NCBI GenBank assembly: GCA_964551545.1 | Contig: CAZKCT010000003.1 | Span: forward strand, 4,486 to 68,485 | DNA: 64,000 bases | Direction of reading: 5' to 3' | From: an uncultured Piscirickettsiaceae bacterium | Lineage (GTDB): Bacteria; Pseudomonadota; Gammaproteobacteria; GCF-002020875 | In this document: positions 45,325 to 55,665 of the stretch, one piece after another | Layout of the letters: the number at the start of each line of letters is the position of its first letter | Numbering within the stretch: position 1 is the first letter of the stretch | Notes under the pieces: generated by a model | Databases searched by the model: none | What the model was told of the DNA's origin: nothing | What the model saw: only the letters and a program-made list of their open reading frames with translations | Translations under genes and position numbers: made by a program

Positions 45325-45834
45325 TCACGGCTGTCGAAGTCGATCGATCTCTGCCTCTCGCTGACGATCTCGCGCCCAGAAAAAAGAGAATGTTCTCGCT
45401 GCCTGATCAACTTCCTCAGCAATAAACGGTTTCCTTAGATAGAAAAAGCCATCCCCCAGTGGGCTCGATCGGATCTGATCCAGCGAATAATCTGCGTACG
45501 CAGAGACCAGAACGATATAGAGTCTTGGATCAATCGCTTGAAGGCGAGCGGCACACTCCACGCCATCCATTCCAGGCGGCATCCGTATATCGAGGAAGAC
45601 CATCGTAAATGGGGCTTTCTGGTTGGCCGCATCTTCCACTAGAGTGATTGCCTGCGCTGCAGAATTGGCCTCGACCATCTCTCTCTCACCGGAATCTGAT
45701 ACTGGGTCCACTGGCGGTGATTGATGTAGTAGCTCGAGCAGGTCTGCGGTCTCATCAACCGGTTCTACCAGAATCTCTCGATAAGCGCTCAACACTTGTG
45801 GGTCATCATCAACGACTAATATTTTCTGCCTCAA
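45325..45834 (-). CDS. Stand-alone response-regulator receiver (REC) protein with an acidic ~30-aa insertion
   Basis: ILVVDDDP, the phospho-acceptor FLDIRMP and a conserved Lys region (YLRKP); an insertion lies between beta1 and alpha1; no output domain. Confidence 0.75.
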   Translation of the reverse strand: MRQKILVVDDDPQVLSAYREILVEPVDETADLLELLHQSPPVDPVSDSGEREMVEANSAAQAITLVEDAANQKAPFTMVFLDIRMPPGMDGVECAARLQAIDPRLYIVLVSAYADYSLDQIRSSPLGDGFFYLRKPFIAEEVDQAARTFSFFWARDRQREAEIDRLRQP

Positions 45835-46160
45835 TGGCTCTGCTCCTCTAACCTTCCCCGTACAACTTTTATAGTATACGAACCACTATCTGGATGGAGG
45901 ATCAATTATCTCACTTCTACAGTAAAAATGGGTACTTAGCTGCATCATTATCGATTCCAAACTCTGGAAGCTCTCTCATTGCATAACCTGATCTCCCCAC
46001 AGCTGCCACACTACGACATCATTGGCATGTTGCTAAGGGAGCGATGGAGTGGACTGGCTTTTGAATAGGCTGCTATTACCAGAAACAGCAGAGGAGCCAC
46101 AACGCTTCTGATTAAATTCATCACGTCACGGCCCCTCTTAATCGGAGAATTGAACCTAAA

Positions 46161-48083
46161 TCAGATCAGCTGCAATCCGAGAACACCCTCCATTTTCTCT
46201 GCGGTCTCCGATTTACCGGTACGACTATCCCCAACCAGCGCAACAGTGATACTCACCTCTTCTCGGCTCTCTCCAGTGCGCTCCCGCTTCTCCGTCGCCA
46301 GCTCCTTGATCAGGTCGATCAGGTCCTCGGCAAGACGTGCTGGTGCCAGTTGTTCCACCTCGTTACGGTCCTGATAGCCACAGCGAGTCAGGTCCTCATC
46401 ACCATTCTCACTGTAGACCCCCGCCATCAACTGACTGAAGGCAACCCCCAAGCGTAACTCTTTACGCTTGACCAGCCCTTCTGCAACCTTCATGAATTGC
46501 GCCTCGTTATCGAGATATTGCTCATAGAGGTCAGGGTGCAATACTTCACCTTTTGCATCTCTCAACAACGGGAATGGATTGGCCCAGTAACTACTCTCTT
46601 TTGAGCCACGGTGAGTGTGGGTGCTGCCTGCGGCAACCCGCTCCCCAAGGCGGAAGTGTTCCATCGCCTCATCCACCCCCATATCAGCGGAGATCGTGGT
46701 CTCCTTCTGCTCGACCAGCTCAAAGTTGTTCATATAGAGCAAAACATCGAGTGGATCGCCAGTCATCACCTCAGTATCTTCCGTGACGGGCACAATCTGG
46801 CGGGCATTAGAACCAGTGTCTTTGTTGTAGCCCACCTCTCGACCAATCATCAGCAGTTTGGCCTGCTCACTGAAGCCATCCAGACAGGCGAATGCGCCCG
46901 TCTCTGTACCATAGAAGATGGGGTGAATGCGGCCATCCGTCCCTTTCTCCAGCGAAAGACGCCCCATATCATCCGCCTTGATCAACATCTCTGCGATGTA
47001 AGGCCCCTCTTGGTCATCAAAACGGACGACATAACGGGTACAACCACAATGCAGTGGTAGCTCGCCCTTACGAATCGCCAGCACGTTATGCAGCGTCAAG
47101 ATCGGCTTCTTGCAGTAGCCAAAATATTTCAGTTCATCACGATTGGGGACCAACCCAACCAGCAGATCATTCTCCTGATCCCAGTAGTAACCAAGATCAT
47201 CAGCAGGTGCATTCGGATCACCGAAGATGAAGACCCCATCGGGTCGACGGTCCTGCTGAATGTCGTCAACGCTGGCAAATGGGAAGAGATTGAGCAGTCC
47301 AGGCTCCATCTCCACAGTGCCACGAGACTTATGAAGATAGGCCACAATCAGCCAAGAACCGACCTGCAGCGGTACAGAGACCCAGTCATCAGCATTGAAA
47401 GTGTCAAAGTTCAGAGGATTATGGTCCAGCTCGAAAAATGGCTCTGCACGTTTATTGGAGGGTGTCGAGTAATCCACACCTGTACGGATATCTGCCGCAA
47501 TGGTCAACGGCACATGAGAGAGCGGAATATAGTCCGCAGGCAGATTAAAGTAGTGCCCCGAGATCTCTCCAGCCGTCACATTGGGTGAAGCATCCAGCCC
47601 TTGAGTACGGCGCACACCATGCTCCAACCCCACTTTGCGTAACAATTGACGCCGCGTATCCAGAATCAGATCCGAAAGTGCAGAGGCTTTTTCCGTGACC
47701 TTATCTTTAACAGAGTCTGGAGACTCGAGGCCGGTAGAGACCACATCATTTTGCAATCGCACCAGGCGAGAATAACTACTGGAACGGAAATGGTGGAAAG
47801 CACCATCAATAAATTTAACCAGATTTCTGGCCTGCTCTTTTTCGACCCCTTCCAGCCTTCCTGGCTGCCCCAGGATGATCAAGTAATCCCGAGCACACAC
47901 CTTCTTAATGAAATCGACCTTATGGATCGCCTCATTGTGACGCCGCGCATCACGGTGGTCAAGATTATCAATAAATTCGCTTTTATAGATTTTCAAAAAT
48001 CGTGAAAACGGTAGACTTTTGATTAACTGCTCTGGGGTATTGCATCCCTCTCGAATCTCTAGAATTTGCTCCATTGGGTCCAT
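46161..48083 (-). CDS. Large hypothetical protein (640 aa), no recognisable family; C-terminal Walker-A-like GDSRTGKS
   Basis: Uninterrupted 1923-nt ORF with own promoter space and a downstream 326-nt gap; cytoplasmic (no signal peptide or TM); motifs HCGC and LVGDSRTGKSET, 17 aa from the C-terminus. Confidence 0.6.
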   Translation of the reverse strand: MDPMEQILEIREGCNTPEQLIKSLPFSRFLKIYKSEFIDNLDHRDARRHNEAIHKVDFIKKVCARDYLIILGQPGRLEGVEKEQARNLVKFIDGAFHHFRSSSYSRLVRLQNDVVSTGLESPDSVKDKVTEKASALSDLILDTRRQLLRKVGLEHGVRRTQGLDASPNVTAGEISGHYFNLPADYIPLSHVPLTIAADIRTGVDYSTPSNKRAEPFFELDHNPLNFDTFNADDWVSVPLQVGSWLIVAYLHKSRGTVEMEPGLLNLFPFASVDDIQQDRRPDGVFIFGDPNAPADDLGYYWDQENDLLVGLVPNRDELKYFGYCKKPILTLHNVLAIRKGELPLHCGCTRYVVRFDDQEGPYIAEMLIKADDMGRLSLEKGTDGRIHPIFYGTETGAFACLDGFSEQAKLLMIGREVGYNKDTGSNARQIVPVTEDTEVMTGDPLDVLLYMNNFELVEQKETTISADMGVDEAMEHFRLGERVAAGSTHTHRGSKESSYWANPFPLLRDAKGEVLHPDLYEQYLDNEAQFMKVAEGLVKRKELRLGVAFSQLMAGVYSENGDEDLTRCGYQDRNEVEQLAPARLAEDLIDLIKELATEKRERTGESREEVSITVALVGDSRTGKSETAEKMEGVLGLQLI

Positions 48084-48260
48084 CCATATACAAAAAGGAT
48101 CTGCATACTATCACACTGTCCCTTACCCATTTAGCTATACAGGCATTAGGGAATTGATGACTCAATCAGTATCTCAAATGGGGGCGTCACCATCAGACAG
48201 CACCGGGAACACCTCCACCCTTAATGATTAGCCAAAAGTAGATATTCTTTACATCCATTA

Positions 48261-48287
48261 AAAAAGCCTGCATGAGCAGGCTTTTTT
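48261..48287. terminator. Bidirectional rho-independent terminator (A5-hairpin-T6) ending the H-NS-like gene
   Basis: aaaaa gcctgc atga gcaggc tttttt. Confidence 0.55.
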
Positions 48288-48309
48288 AATGCTCGAGAAC
48301 AAAAAGACT

Positions 48310-48648
48310 TTATCCCTGATTCTCAATTCTTAGTGCATCACGACCACCATGTTTCGCCTCTGCCGCAACCACCCATTTCGGGGATCGGCCACGACCGGTC
48401 CAGGTCTCCCTATGGTTATCAGGATTACGATAAACAGGTTTAACTTTGGCACGTTTACGAGCTGGCTTCACTTTTGTACCGGCCGCAAGCTTCTTGATGG
48501 TGTCCGTACCATACTTCTTGGCCAGAGCAGCGAGCTCTTTCTGGGCCTTCTGGTTGGCACTATTCTCTTTTTTTCTGCGGTTAACCTCTGCCGTTACATC
48601 TTTAAGCAGTGTCTCCAGCTTTGCATCTGACATCTTATTAAGCTTCAT
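48310..48648 (-). CDS. H-NS-family nucleoid-associated protein (xenogeneic-silencer-like)
   Basis: N-terminal coiled-coil oligomerisation region and C-terminal DNA-binding motif ETWTGRGRSPKW. Confidence 0.8.
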   Translation of the reverse strand: MKLNKMSDAKLETLLKDVTAEVNRRKKENSANQKAQKELAALAKKYGTDTIKKLAAGTKVKPARKRAKVKPVYRNPDNHRETWTGRGRSPKWVVAAEAKHGGRDALRIENQG

Positions 48649-48785
48649 TCTATCTCTCTTTTAGAAGGTTTAATATTTGTAATATTTCATCAATATTTAT
48701 TTATCGAACGTTCGATACTCAATATTTGATAAGGAATATATTACAAAGAAACAGAAAAAACAAATCTAATTATTCAATTATTAAT
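48649..48785 (-). promoter_or_regulatory. AT-rich promoter region of the H-NS-like gene with repeated AATATTT motifs and a 14-bp perfect palindrome ATCGAACGTTCGAT (48704..48717)
   Basis: About 80% A+T over 137 nt; AATATTT occurs four times; palindrome at 48704-48717; typical curved-DNA autoregulatory architecture of hns-like genes. Confidence 0.45.
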
Positions 48786-50915
48786 TCAATCGTGATTACA
48801 TGATGCAGAAAGAATATTTTTCATCCTTAATAATTGGTCCAGGATTTCCCCAATACTTCGGCCTGCCTCCATCTCTACATCAATTGAGATCTGTGCTGTA
48901 TGACTCTCCCGATCCGTTGAGGTATTGATGGCGTCGATATTGATCGACTTATTTCGAAACAGTGTTGTAATGTCATTCAGTAGACCAGAACGATCATGCG
49001 CCTTGATCAAAAGTTGATGTTTCTGCATGGAGGACTCATTCACCCCCCAAGAGACCTCAATCACTCGCTCCGGCTCCGTCTCAATCAAGTGGAGCGCATT
49101 GGGGCACTCCTGATGATGAATGGTGATGCCACGGCCTCGGGTAATAAATCCAATAATAGGATCCGTATTGGTTGGCTGACAGCAGTTGGCAAAGCGGGTC
49201 ATTAATTTTCCCACCCCCCGGATTGAGATCGCATCCGGGCTACTCTCCTCTTCCTGCACCGCTTTGCGGGGACGCTTCTTCTGCACAGGGGGCGGAGAAA
49301 CTAAGGTAGAAATCCCCCCGGCCAACTGACCGCAGGTAATATCCCCCTGTCCAATCGCAGCGTGCAGCGCTTCCAGGTTTTTCTGTTCATAACGCTGCAC
49401 CAAATGCTCAAGTGGAAGATTGGGAGATCCAGCACGAGCCAGTTCCCGCTCTAAAATAGTGCGCCCGGCTGCCACATTCTCTTCATAATCCTGTTTACGG
49501 AACCACTGCCGCACACGATAACGGGCGCGCGAGGTGTGGAGATAGCCCAAATTTGGATTCATCCAGTCCCGAGTCGGACCACCCTCTTTGACGGTGAGAA
49601 TCTCAACCCGCTGCCCCGACTGCAGGGGCTGATTTAGCGGAATGATCTTCCCATCAATCTTGGCACCACGGGTGCGGTGCCCTAGCCCCGTATGGATGCT
49701 GTAAGCAAAATCGAGTGCAGTCGCCCCCTCTGGAAGCTCTACGATCTCCCCTTGAGGAGTCAGCACGTAGACCAACTCTTCCACCATTTCATCGTGAAAC
49801 TGATCGACCATCCCCTCCTGCTCTGAAAGCTCATCTTTCCACTCCAGCAGTTGGCGCAGCCAGTTAATCTTGCGCTCAAAGCCAGGATCGTAACGGGTCC
49901 CCTCTTTATAGCGCCAGTGCGCAGCAACCCCCAGCTCTGCCGCATCATGCATCTCATGGGTACGAATCTGAATTTCTAACACCCTTCCCTCCGGCCCATG
50001 AACCGCAGTATGAATCGAGCGATAGTTATTCCCTTTGGGGTTGGCAATATAGTCGTCAAACTCCTTGGAGATATGGGGCCAGAGACCATGGACAATGCCC
50101 AGTGCTGCATAACAGTCCGCCACATCATCCACCAGAATTCGCACTGCATGGAGGTCATAAAGGGACTCAATCTCTACCTGCTTGCGCTGCATCTTCTTCC
50201 AGATACTGTAGAGGTGCTTGGTGCGCCCACTCACCTCCCCGTTCAACTCTGCCTTTTCCAGAGCCTCTTCAATGGTGGAGATAGAGAGCGAAATATAGGA
50301 ATCTCGTTCACCCCGTTTCTGGTTGAGTTTCCGGGAGAGCTCTTTATAGACGGTTGGCTCCAGTACGCGGAAGGCAAAATCCTCTAGCTTCCATTTAAGC
50401 GCCCCCATTCCCAGGCGGTTGGCCAGTGGCGCCAATACATCACGAGTGAGCTGCGCATTCTCTCGACGCGCCTCTTTACTCAACCCCATGGGAAACTGCA
50501 TCCGCAACAAATGCTCCGCCAGTTTGATCACCACGACCCGCACGTCTTGCGCCATAGCCAGCAGCATCTTGCGCAAATTCTCGTACTGGGACTCTCCGCC
50601 TCCATGGTGGGAGTGCAGGTGGAGCATCGTCATCTCAATGGTCCCTTGCAACAGACCAAACACCGTCTCCCCTGTCACCTCCTCCAGATCGACTATTGGA
50701 TCTATGCCGGTCCAGTGGTGATAGCTGTAGAGCATGGCCGCAGCGACCATCTCACGGTCCTGTGGAGCAATCTCCTCAATCAACTGGGCAGTCGCCTCAA
50801 TCTGTGGAGCAAGCGCATCCCACTGCTCCGGTTTCAGATTCTCTGCAGCATGGCGAGCAATCCATGCCCAACTCTGCCCAACCTGACTCGACTCTTTATC
50901 TTCGCGTTCTTCCAT
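48786..50915 (-). CDS. relA: GTP pyrophosphokinase RelA ((p)ppGpp synthetase I; degenerate hydrolase domain)
   Basis: N-terminal region aligns to E. coli RelA ([20 protein letters not shown]); synthetase, TGS and ACT domains present; the HD motif is degenerate. Start MEERED at 50915; the track ORF extends to 50963. Confidence 0.88.
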   Translation of the reverse strand: MEEREDKESSQVGQSWAWIARHAAENLKPEQWDALAPQIEATAQLIEEIAPQDREMVAAAMLYSYHHWTGIDPIVDLEEVTGETVFGLLQGTIEMTMLHLHSHHGGGESQYENLRKMLLAMAQDVRVVVIKLAEHLLRMQFPMGLSKEARRENAQLTRDVLAPLANRLGMGALKWKLEDFAFRVLEPTVYKELSRKLNQKRGERDSYISLSISTIEEALEKAELNGEVSGRTKHLYSIWKKMQRKQVEIESLYDLHAVRILVDDVADCYAALGIVHGLWPHISKEFDDYIANPKGNNYRSIHTAVHGPEGRVLEIQIRTHEMHDAAELGVAAHWRYKEGTRYDPGFERKINWLRQLLEWKDELSEQEGMVDQFHDEMVEELVYVLTPQGEIVELPEGATALDFAYSIHTGLGHRTRGAKIDGKIIPLNQPLQSGQRVEILTVKEGGPTRDWMNPNLGYLHTSRARYRVRQWFRKQDYEENVAAGRTILERELARAGSPNLPLEHLVQRYEQKNLEALHAAIGQGDITCGQLAGGISTLVSPPPVQKKRPRKAVQEEESSPDAISIRGVGKLMTRFANCCQPTNTDPIIGFITRGRGITIHHQECPNALHLIETEPERVIEVSWGVNESSMQKHQLLIKAHDRSGLLNDITTLFRNKSINIDAINTSTDRESHTAQISIDVEMEAGRSIGEILDQLLRMKNILSASCNHD

Positions 50916-52926
50916 GCGCTTTTCCTGACCGTTTCCCTTTGACCCCCATCTTCTTCCTTGCACCCGTCCGGCTGCGATGTGGACGATTGCGCTGTTCTGC
51001 AGGGACTAGATGTTTTTTCCCTGGACCAATGAGATCCTCTCTCCCCATCTCAATCAATGCCTGGCGCAGTAGTGGCCAGTTATTGGGATCGTGGTAACGG
51101 AGAAATGCTTTATGTAGCCTGCGTCGACGCCCCCCTTTTGGAATAGGAATGGTATCGCTCTCTCTCTTAATCTTTCGTAATGGATTAAAGGCCGTGTGGT
51201 ACATGGTGGTTGCCAGTGCCATTGGCGTTGGCAGAAAATTTTGTACCTGGTCAGGGCGGAAACGGTTCTGTTTAAGCCACAAAGCCAACGCTACCATATC
51301 CTCATCAGTCGTCCCTGGGTGGGCAGCGATAAAATAGGGAATCAGATACTGCTCTTTCCCCGCTTTTCTGGAGAAGCGATCAAACATCTCCCGGAAACGG
51401 TAGAAAGTATCGATCCCCGGCTTCATCATTTTGCTAAGCGGTTCAGACTCAGTATGTTCTGGTGCAATTTTCAGATAACCACCGACATGATGCGTTGCCA
51501 GCTCTTCGACATACTCCGGTGAGCGCACTGCAAGATCATAACGAAGCCCAGATGCAATGGAGATCCGCTTCACTCCCGGTAAGGATCGCGCACTACGATA
51601 GAGCTCAATCAGTGGCTGATGATTGGTCTCCATCTGTGGGCAGATCTCTGGATAGACGCAGGAGAGTCGTCGACAGGAAGACTCTATCTTGGAATCCCTG
51701 CAGCGCATCCGATACATATTGGCGGTGGGACCACCGAGATCGGAAATGCTTCCGGTGAAGCCCGGAACCTGCCGCAGCTCTTCAATCTCTCTCAATATCG
51801 ACGCTTGTGAGCGACTCTGAATCACACGCCCCTCATGCTCTGTAATTGAGCAAAAAGTACAACCACCAAAACAGCCACGCATAATATTGATCGAAAAGCG
51901 GATCATCTCATAGGCCGGAATCCGGGCCTGCTGGTAACTCGGATGTGGAAGACGGGTATAGGGGAGCTCATAAACCCGATCCAGCTCCTCTGTCTGTAGT
52001 GGAACTGGAGGCGGATTGACCCATAAAAATTGATCGCCATGCGGTTGCACCAGTGTCCGTGCATTGCCTGGATTGGTCTCGAGATGGAAGATACGAGAGC
52101 TATGCGCATAGAGCTGCTGATCGCGTTTGACCTGCTCATAAGAGGGCAGTCGAATCAGGGTGTTTTCTCGTTGGCTCCCTGTGGTTGAGGGTGCACCACT
52201 TCCATCGACGGGAAGCTCGGAAAAATCGAGCTGCTTCCATTCAGGTTCCAGAGCACGGTAATCCTCCCCTCGCAATAGCAAGGCAGACCCACGCAGGTTG
52301 TGAATCTCCTCGATGGACTCCCCTGCGGCCATGCGGTGTGCCAGCTCTACGATCGCACGCTCCGCATTCCCATAAAGGAGCAGATCAGCGCGTGCGTCCA
52401 TCAAGATCGATCTTCGTACTTTATCCGACCAGTAATCATAGTGAGCCATTCGTCGCAGACTCGCCTCGATACCACCCAGCACAATGGGGGCTTCTTTCCA
52501 CGCCTCTCGACAGCGCTGACTATAGACAATGGTGGAGCGGTCTGGGCGCATTCCACCTTCACCACCTGGCGTATAGGCATCATCACGCCGCACACGATGA
52601 TCGGAGGTGTAACGGTTGACCATCGAATCCATATTACCCGCTGTGACCCCAAAGAAGAGATTAGGCTGTCCCAGCGCCTGAAATGATTCCGCACTACGCC
52701 AATCAGGCTGTGAAAGGATTCCAACCCGAAACCCTTGGGCCTCCAGAAGTCGACCAATCAGTGCCATACCGAAACTGGGATGGTCGATATAGGCATCTCC
52801 GGTCACCAGAATGATGTCGCAAGAGTCCCACCCCAGCTCATCCATCTCCTCTCGACACATGGGCAACACAGGGGCCACACCAAAACGGTGCGCCCAATAT
52901 TTTCGCCGGGAGAAAAGGGTATTCAT
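50896..52926 (-). CDS. ygiQ: YgiQ family radical SAM protein (UPF0313)
   Basis: N-terminal DUF3362-like region and the [10 protein letters not shown] radical-SAM Cys motif; basic C-terminal tail. Confidence 0.88.
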   Translation of the reverse strand: MNTLFSRRKYWAHRFGVAPVLPMCREEMDELGWDSCDIILVTGDAYIDHPSFGMALIGRLLEAQGFRVGILSQPDWRSAESFQALGQPNLFFGVTAGNMDSMVNRYTSDHRVRRDDAYTPGGEGGMRPDRSTIVYSQRCREAWKEAPIVLGGIEASLRRMAHYDYWSDKVRRSILMDARADLLLYGNAERAIVELAHRMAAGESIEEIHNLRGSALLLRGEDYRALEPEWKQLDFSELPVDGSGAPSTTGSQRENTLIRLPSYEQVKRDQQLYAHSSRIFHLETNPGNARTLVQPHGDQFLWVNPPPVPLQTEELDRVYELPYTRLPHPSYQQARIPAYEMIRFSINIMRGCFGGCTFCSITEHEGRVIQSRSQASILREIEELRQVPGFTGSISDLGGPTANMYRMRCRDSKIESSCRRLSCVYPEICPQMETNHQPLIELYRSARSLPGVKRISIASGLRYDLAVRSPEYVEELATHHVGGYLKIAPEHTESEPLSKMMKPGIDTFYRFREMFDRFSRKAGKEQYLIPYFIAAHPGTTDEDMVALALWLKQNRFRPDQVQNFLPTPMALATTMYHTAFNPLRKIKRESDTIPIPKGGRRRRLHKAFLRYHDPNNWPLLRQALIEMGREDLIGPGKKHLVPAEQRNRPHRSRTGARKKMGVKGKRSGKAHGRTRR

Positions 52927-52976
52927 CGGGACATTATACTGGGCTTTACCCCAGAAGCGCCTTGGACAGTGAGGTT

Positions 52977-54179
52977 CTACTGCTGTTTGAGTTTGATGGT
53001 GACCGGAAAGGCAAAGCCTACTTTGTCACTCTCTACCTGATCCGGGAATGGCTCAAAACGGGCCATCGTCACCATGCGCTCAACCGCCTCATCCAACGCC
53101 TGATGCCCTGAGCTCTGAATGACTTCGGTACTCAACAGTTTTCCAGCACGATTGAGAACGAAACCAACAATGACCTTCCCTTGTATTTTTAGCTCTTCGG
53201 CAACCGCTTTGGGATAGAGGGTAAACTCTCGCAAACTCAGGCGAACTCGAGCACGATAGCCAAAATTGATTCCACCCACTCCTGCATATTGGTTTCTCCA
53301 ACGGGTCAGTTTTCTCTTTTCGGCAGCTGTCACCTCAGAGGAAGAGGGCTGTTTTGCAGTTTTCGTAGCCGATTTTGATGCGGTAGAGCTCGGTGGCGTA
53401 GGCCTCCAGTCCTCAGCCTGAACTTGAGGGAGCTGTTCCATGGTTGCAGCATCGAAGTGGAGCTGCTCAATCTGGATTTCCGCCAGAATCACCTCTGACC
53501 CTCCGATCGCTTCTGGAAGTATTTGCTCTTGCGGCAGATCAACCGAAGCACTCTCCAGCTCCTTCAACTCTTCAAATGCCGGAATCTGCAGCTCCTCTTT
53601 CGATGGTGCAAGATTCATCGATCCAGAATCTTCAACACCATTCAGAGAGATACTCTCTCCGCCAGATAACGCCGCCACTGCGCTCAGTTCAGGCTCCAGC
53701 GCCGCTGCAGTTGGTTGGGGTGCAGCAATCGGTGCAGCGGCCGACGGGAGCACTTCCGCTGCTGCAGCCTCTTGAGGCCCATCCACCGAAGCGGTATCGG
53801 GTGTCAGCTCAACCAGCTCTCCCGGCTCCATCTTCAGCTCGACCGGGTCGGGAGCGGCACCTGGAGTCACTTCAAGGACACTATCTGAGGGCGCAACATG
53901 GGAAAAGGCCTCTGCCAACTGCTGTTGAGTCTCATCCAGCGAGACCATAGGAATCTTCTCTTCCTCTTGCAATATCTCAGGCTGAACAAGCTCTGGTTTT
54001 TCCAATACCACTTGCTCTATGACATCAGGATCCGCCAGTTGTACCGTAAAGGCTCGTTCGCTACTCCCCTGTTGCACCAATGGTGTCATCTGATAGATCG
54101 GTAGAAAGCGGACCAGTGCAATGTGCAACAGCAGTGATCCTACAAAGGCGATAAACCACTGGCGAGACCGGATCACCAT
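52977..54179 (-). CDS. tonB: Energy transducer TonB (long form; acidic Pro/Glu/Ala-rich linker)
   Basis: N-terminal TM anchor, ~250-aa low-complexity linker, C-terminal TonB_C domain ([33 protein letters not shown]). Confidence 0.8.
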   Translation of the reverse strand: MVIRSRQWFIAFVGSLLLHIALVRFLPIYQMTPLVQQGSSERAFTVQLADPDVIEQVVLEKPELVQPEILQEEEKIPMVSLDETQQQLAEAFSHVAPSDSVLEVTPGAAPDPVELKMEPGELVELTPDTASVDGPQEAAAAEVLPSAAAPIAAPQPTAAALEPELSAVAALSGGESISLNGVEDSGSMNLAPSKEELQIPAFEELKELESASVDLPQEQILPEAIGGSEVILAEIQIEQLHFDAATMEQLPQVQAEDWRPTPPSSTASKSATKTAKQPSSSEVTAAEKRKLTRWRNQYAGVGGINFGYRARVRLSLREFTLYPKAVAEELKIQGKVIVGFVLNRAGKLLSTEVIQSSGHQALDEAVERMVTMARFEPFPDQVESDKVGFAFPVTIKLKQQ

Positions 54180-54181
54180 GG

Positions 54182-54589
54182 TTAGCGTTGTGCCTCCGTA
54201 GTCACCAGCTCAATCTCCTTGACCCCGCTTTTACGGATCTCTTCCAACAACTTCACCAGCTGATGGGCATCCACCCGCTGATCTGCATGAACCTCCACAG
54301 AAGGGGGAACCCCATCCCGGTGAGATTGCTCCATCAGATAACGGAGTTGAAAGGCGTTACGAATGGGGCGCTCGCCAACCGCCATATTCCCATCCTGATC
54401 AAGAAACAGAGATAGATCCATCCGTTCGACGCGATGCTGACTACTTGACTCTGGGTGCTCAATCTCCCAAAACCCTGGAGAGCGAATGGTTCCAGCGACC
54501 AGAAAGAAGATGATCAACAGAAAGATGACACTGACCAATGGGGTCATGTCCAACTCAGAGTGTCGCTTGTGGGAGTATTGAAAACGCAT
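54182..54589 (-). CDS. exbD: Biopolymer transport protein ExbD/TolR (copy 2)
   Basis: Single TM (LVSVIFLLIIFFLV) plus a periplasmic domain; ~135 aa. Confidence 0.85.
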   Translation of the reverse strand: MRFQYSHKRHSELDMTPLVSVIFLLIIFFLVAGTIRSPGFWEIEHPESSSQHRVERMDLSLFLDQDGNMAVGERPIRNAFQLRYLMEQSHRDGVPPSVEVHADQRVDAHQLVKLLEEIRKSGVKEIELVTTEAQR

Positions 54590-54600
54590 GATCGTGATGC

Positions 54601-54999
54601 TTAGCGAATCAGGCTCACCAGCGATGCGCCCCCCTCACGAAGCTGGTCCATCACTAGCACCACTTGTTGTAGTGGAAGACCCGCATCTGGACGCACAATA
54701 AAACGGGTCTGCGGGCGCTTTTCCAGTAGCAGTGCAGTCCGAGCAGCAATCTCTACCTGCTGCACTCGTCGCCCGTTGAAATCGACAACACCCTGATCAT
54801 GAACCCTCACCAATGAAGCACCTTGCCAGGCGTTGCTTCCTTTCCCCTTTTCGGCCGGTATATCCAGTGACAAGGTACGCTGCTGAGAGAAGCTAGTGGT
54901 CAGCATGAAGAAGATCAACAGCAGGAAGACCACATCAATCAGAGATGTGAGACTCAGCCAGCGCCGTCTCGATGGCCGGGCAAGCGATTCGAACTGCAT
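54601..54999 (-). CDS. exbD: Biopolymer transport protein ExbD/TolR (copy 1)
   Basis: LIDVVFLLLIFFMLT TM segment; ~132 aa. Confidence 0.85.
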   Translation of the reverse strand: MQFESLARPSRRRWLSLTSLIDVVFLLLIFFMLTTSFSQQRTLSLDIPAEKGKGSNAWQGASLVRVHDQGVVDFNGRRVQQVEIAARTALLLEKRPQTRFIVRPDAGLPLQQVVLVMDQLREGGASLVSLIR

Positions 55000-55017
55000 G
55001 ACAGAAGCCGTAAGTCT

Positions 55018-55653
55018 TTATTCAGCGTTTCGAATCACACTCAGGGTCTGGGTGACTGCTTCGCCCATATCCTGACGTGTTCGTTCCACAATCCCTTCTA
55101 GCCAATTGACCGCAGCCAGCGCAGGGATCGCAATAGCCAGCCCGAAGGCGGTTGTAATCAGTGCCTCCCAGATTCCACCAGCCAACATGGTGACATCCAC
55201 CTGGACGCCAGCCTCCTCAAGCTGCATAAAGGCCTGGATCATCCCCAATACCGTCCCCAATAGTCCCAACAATGGGCTGAGGTGGGCAACCGCATCCAGT
55301 CCACGAATATAAGAGGTCAAGCGCTCCAGCTGGGTTCTTCCCTCATTCTCCAGCTCCTCTTTCGCGGCACTACTCACTTCTGGGGCAGCGCCAACATCAC
55401 AAAGCTGAATGGCCCGCTCCATCACCCGCGCAATGGGCCCTTTACGGTTCGAGAGTTCGGTAATCGCAATCTCTTTTTGGCCACGCTCAATAGACTGCAG
55501 TGCCTTTCGCACAAAGCCATGGGAACGAAACAGCACCCGCTGTGACTGAAAATGGTAGAGCTTTACCAAGAATACGGCCAGCCCATAGACAGAGAGAGCC
55601 AACAGGATGATGGCCACAGGGCCACCTTTACTTACGAGCAGTTCCAGTCCCAT
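55018..55653 (-). CDS. exbB: MotA/TolQ/ExbB proton-channel family protein
   Basis: 3-TM ExbB topology with the conserved C-terminal TM pair (GLLGTVLGMI...AFGLAIAIPA). Confidence 0.85.
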   Translation of the reverse strand: MGLELLVSKGGPVAIILLALSVYGLAVFLVKLYHFQSQRVLFRSHGFVRKALQSIERGQKEIAITELSNRKGPIARVMERAIQLCDVGAAPEVSSAAKEELENEGRTQLERLTSYIRGLDAVAHLSPLLGLLGTVLGMIQAFMQLEEAGVQVDVTMLAGGIWEALITTAFGLAIAIPALAAVNWLEGIVERTRQDMGEAVTQTLSVIRNAE

Positions 55654-55665
55654 GGAGTATGTCCC

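Noticed and set aside
46553-48005. Plus-strand ORFs (77-166 aa) opposite the 640-aa gene
   Set aside because: Fragmented and mutually overlapping, and all lie within one continuous 1923-nt minus-strand ORF; treated as antisense shadow ORFs.
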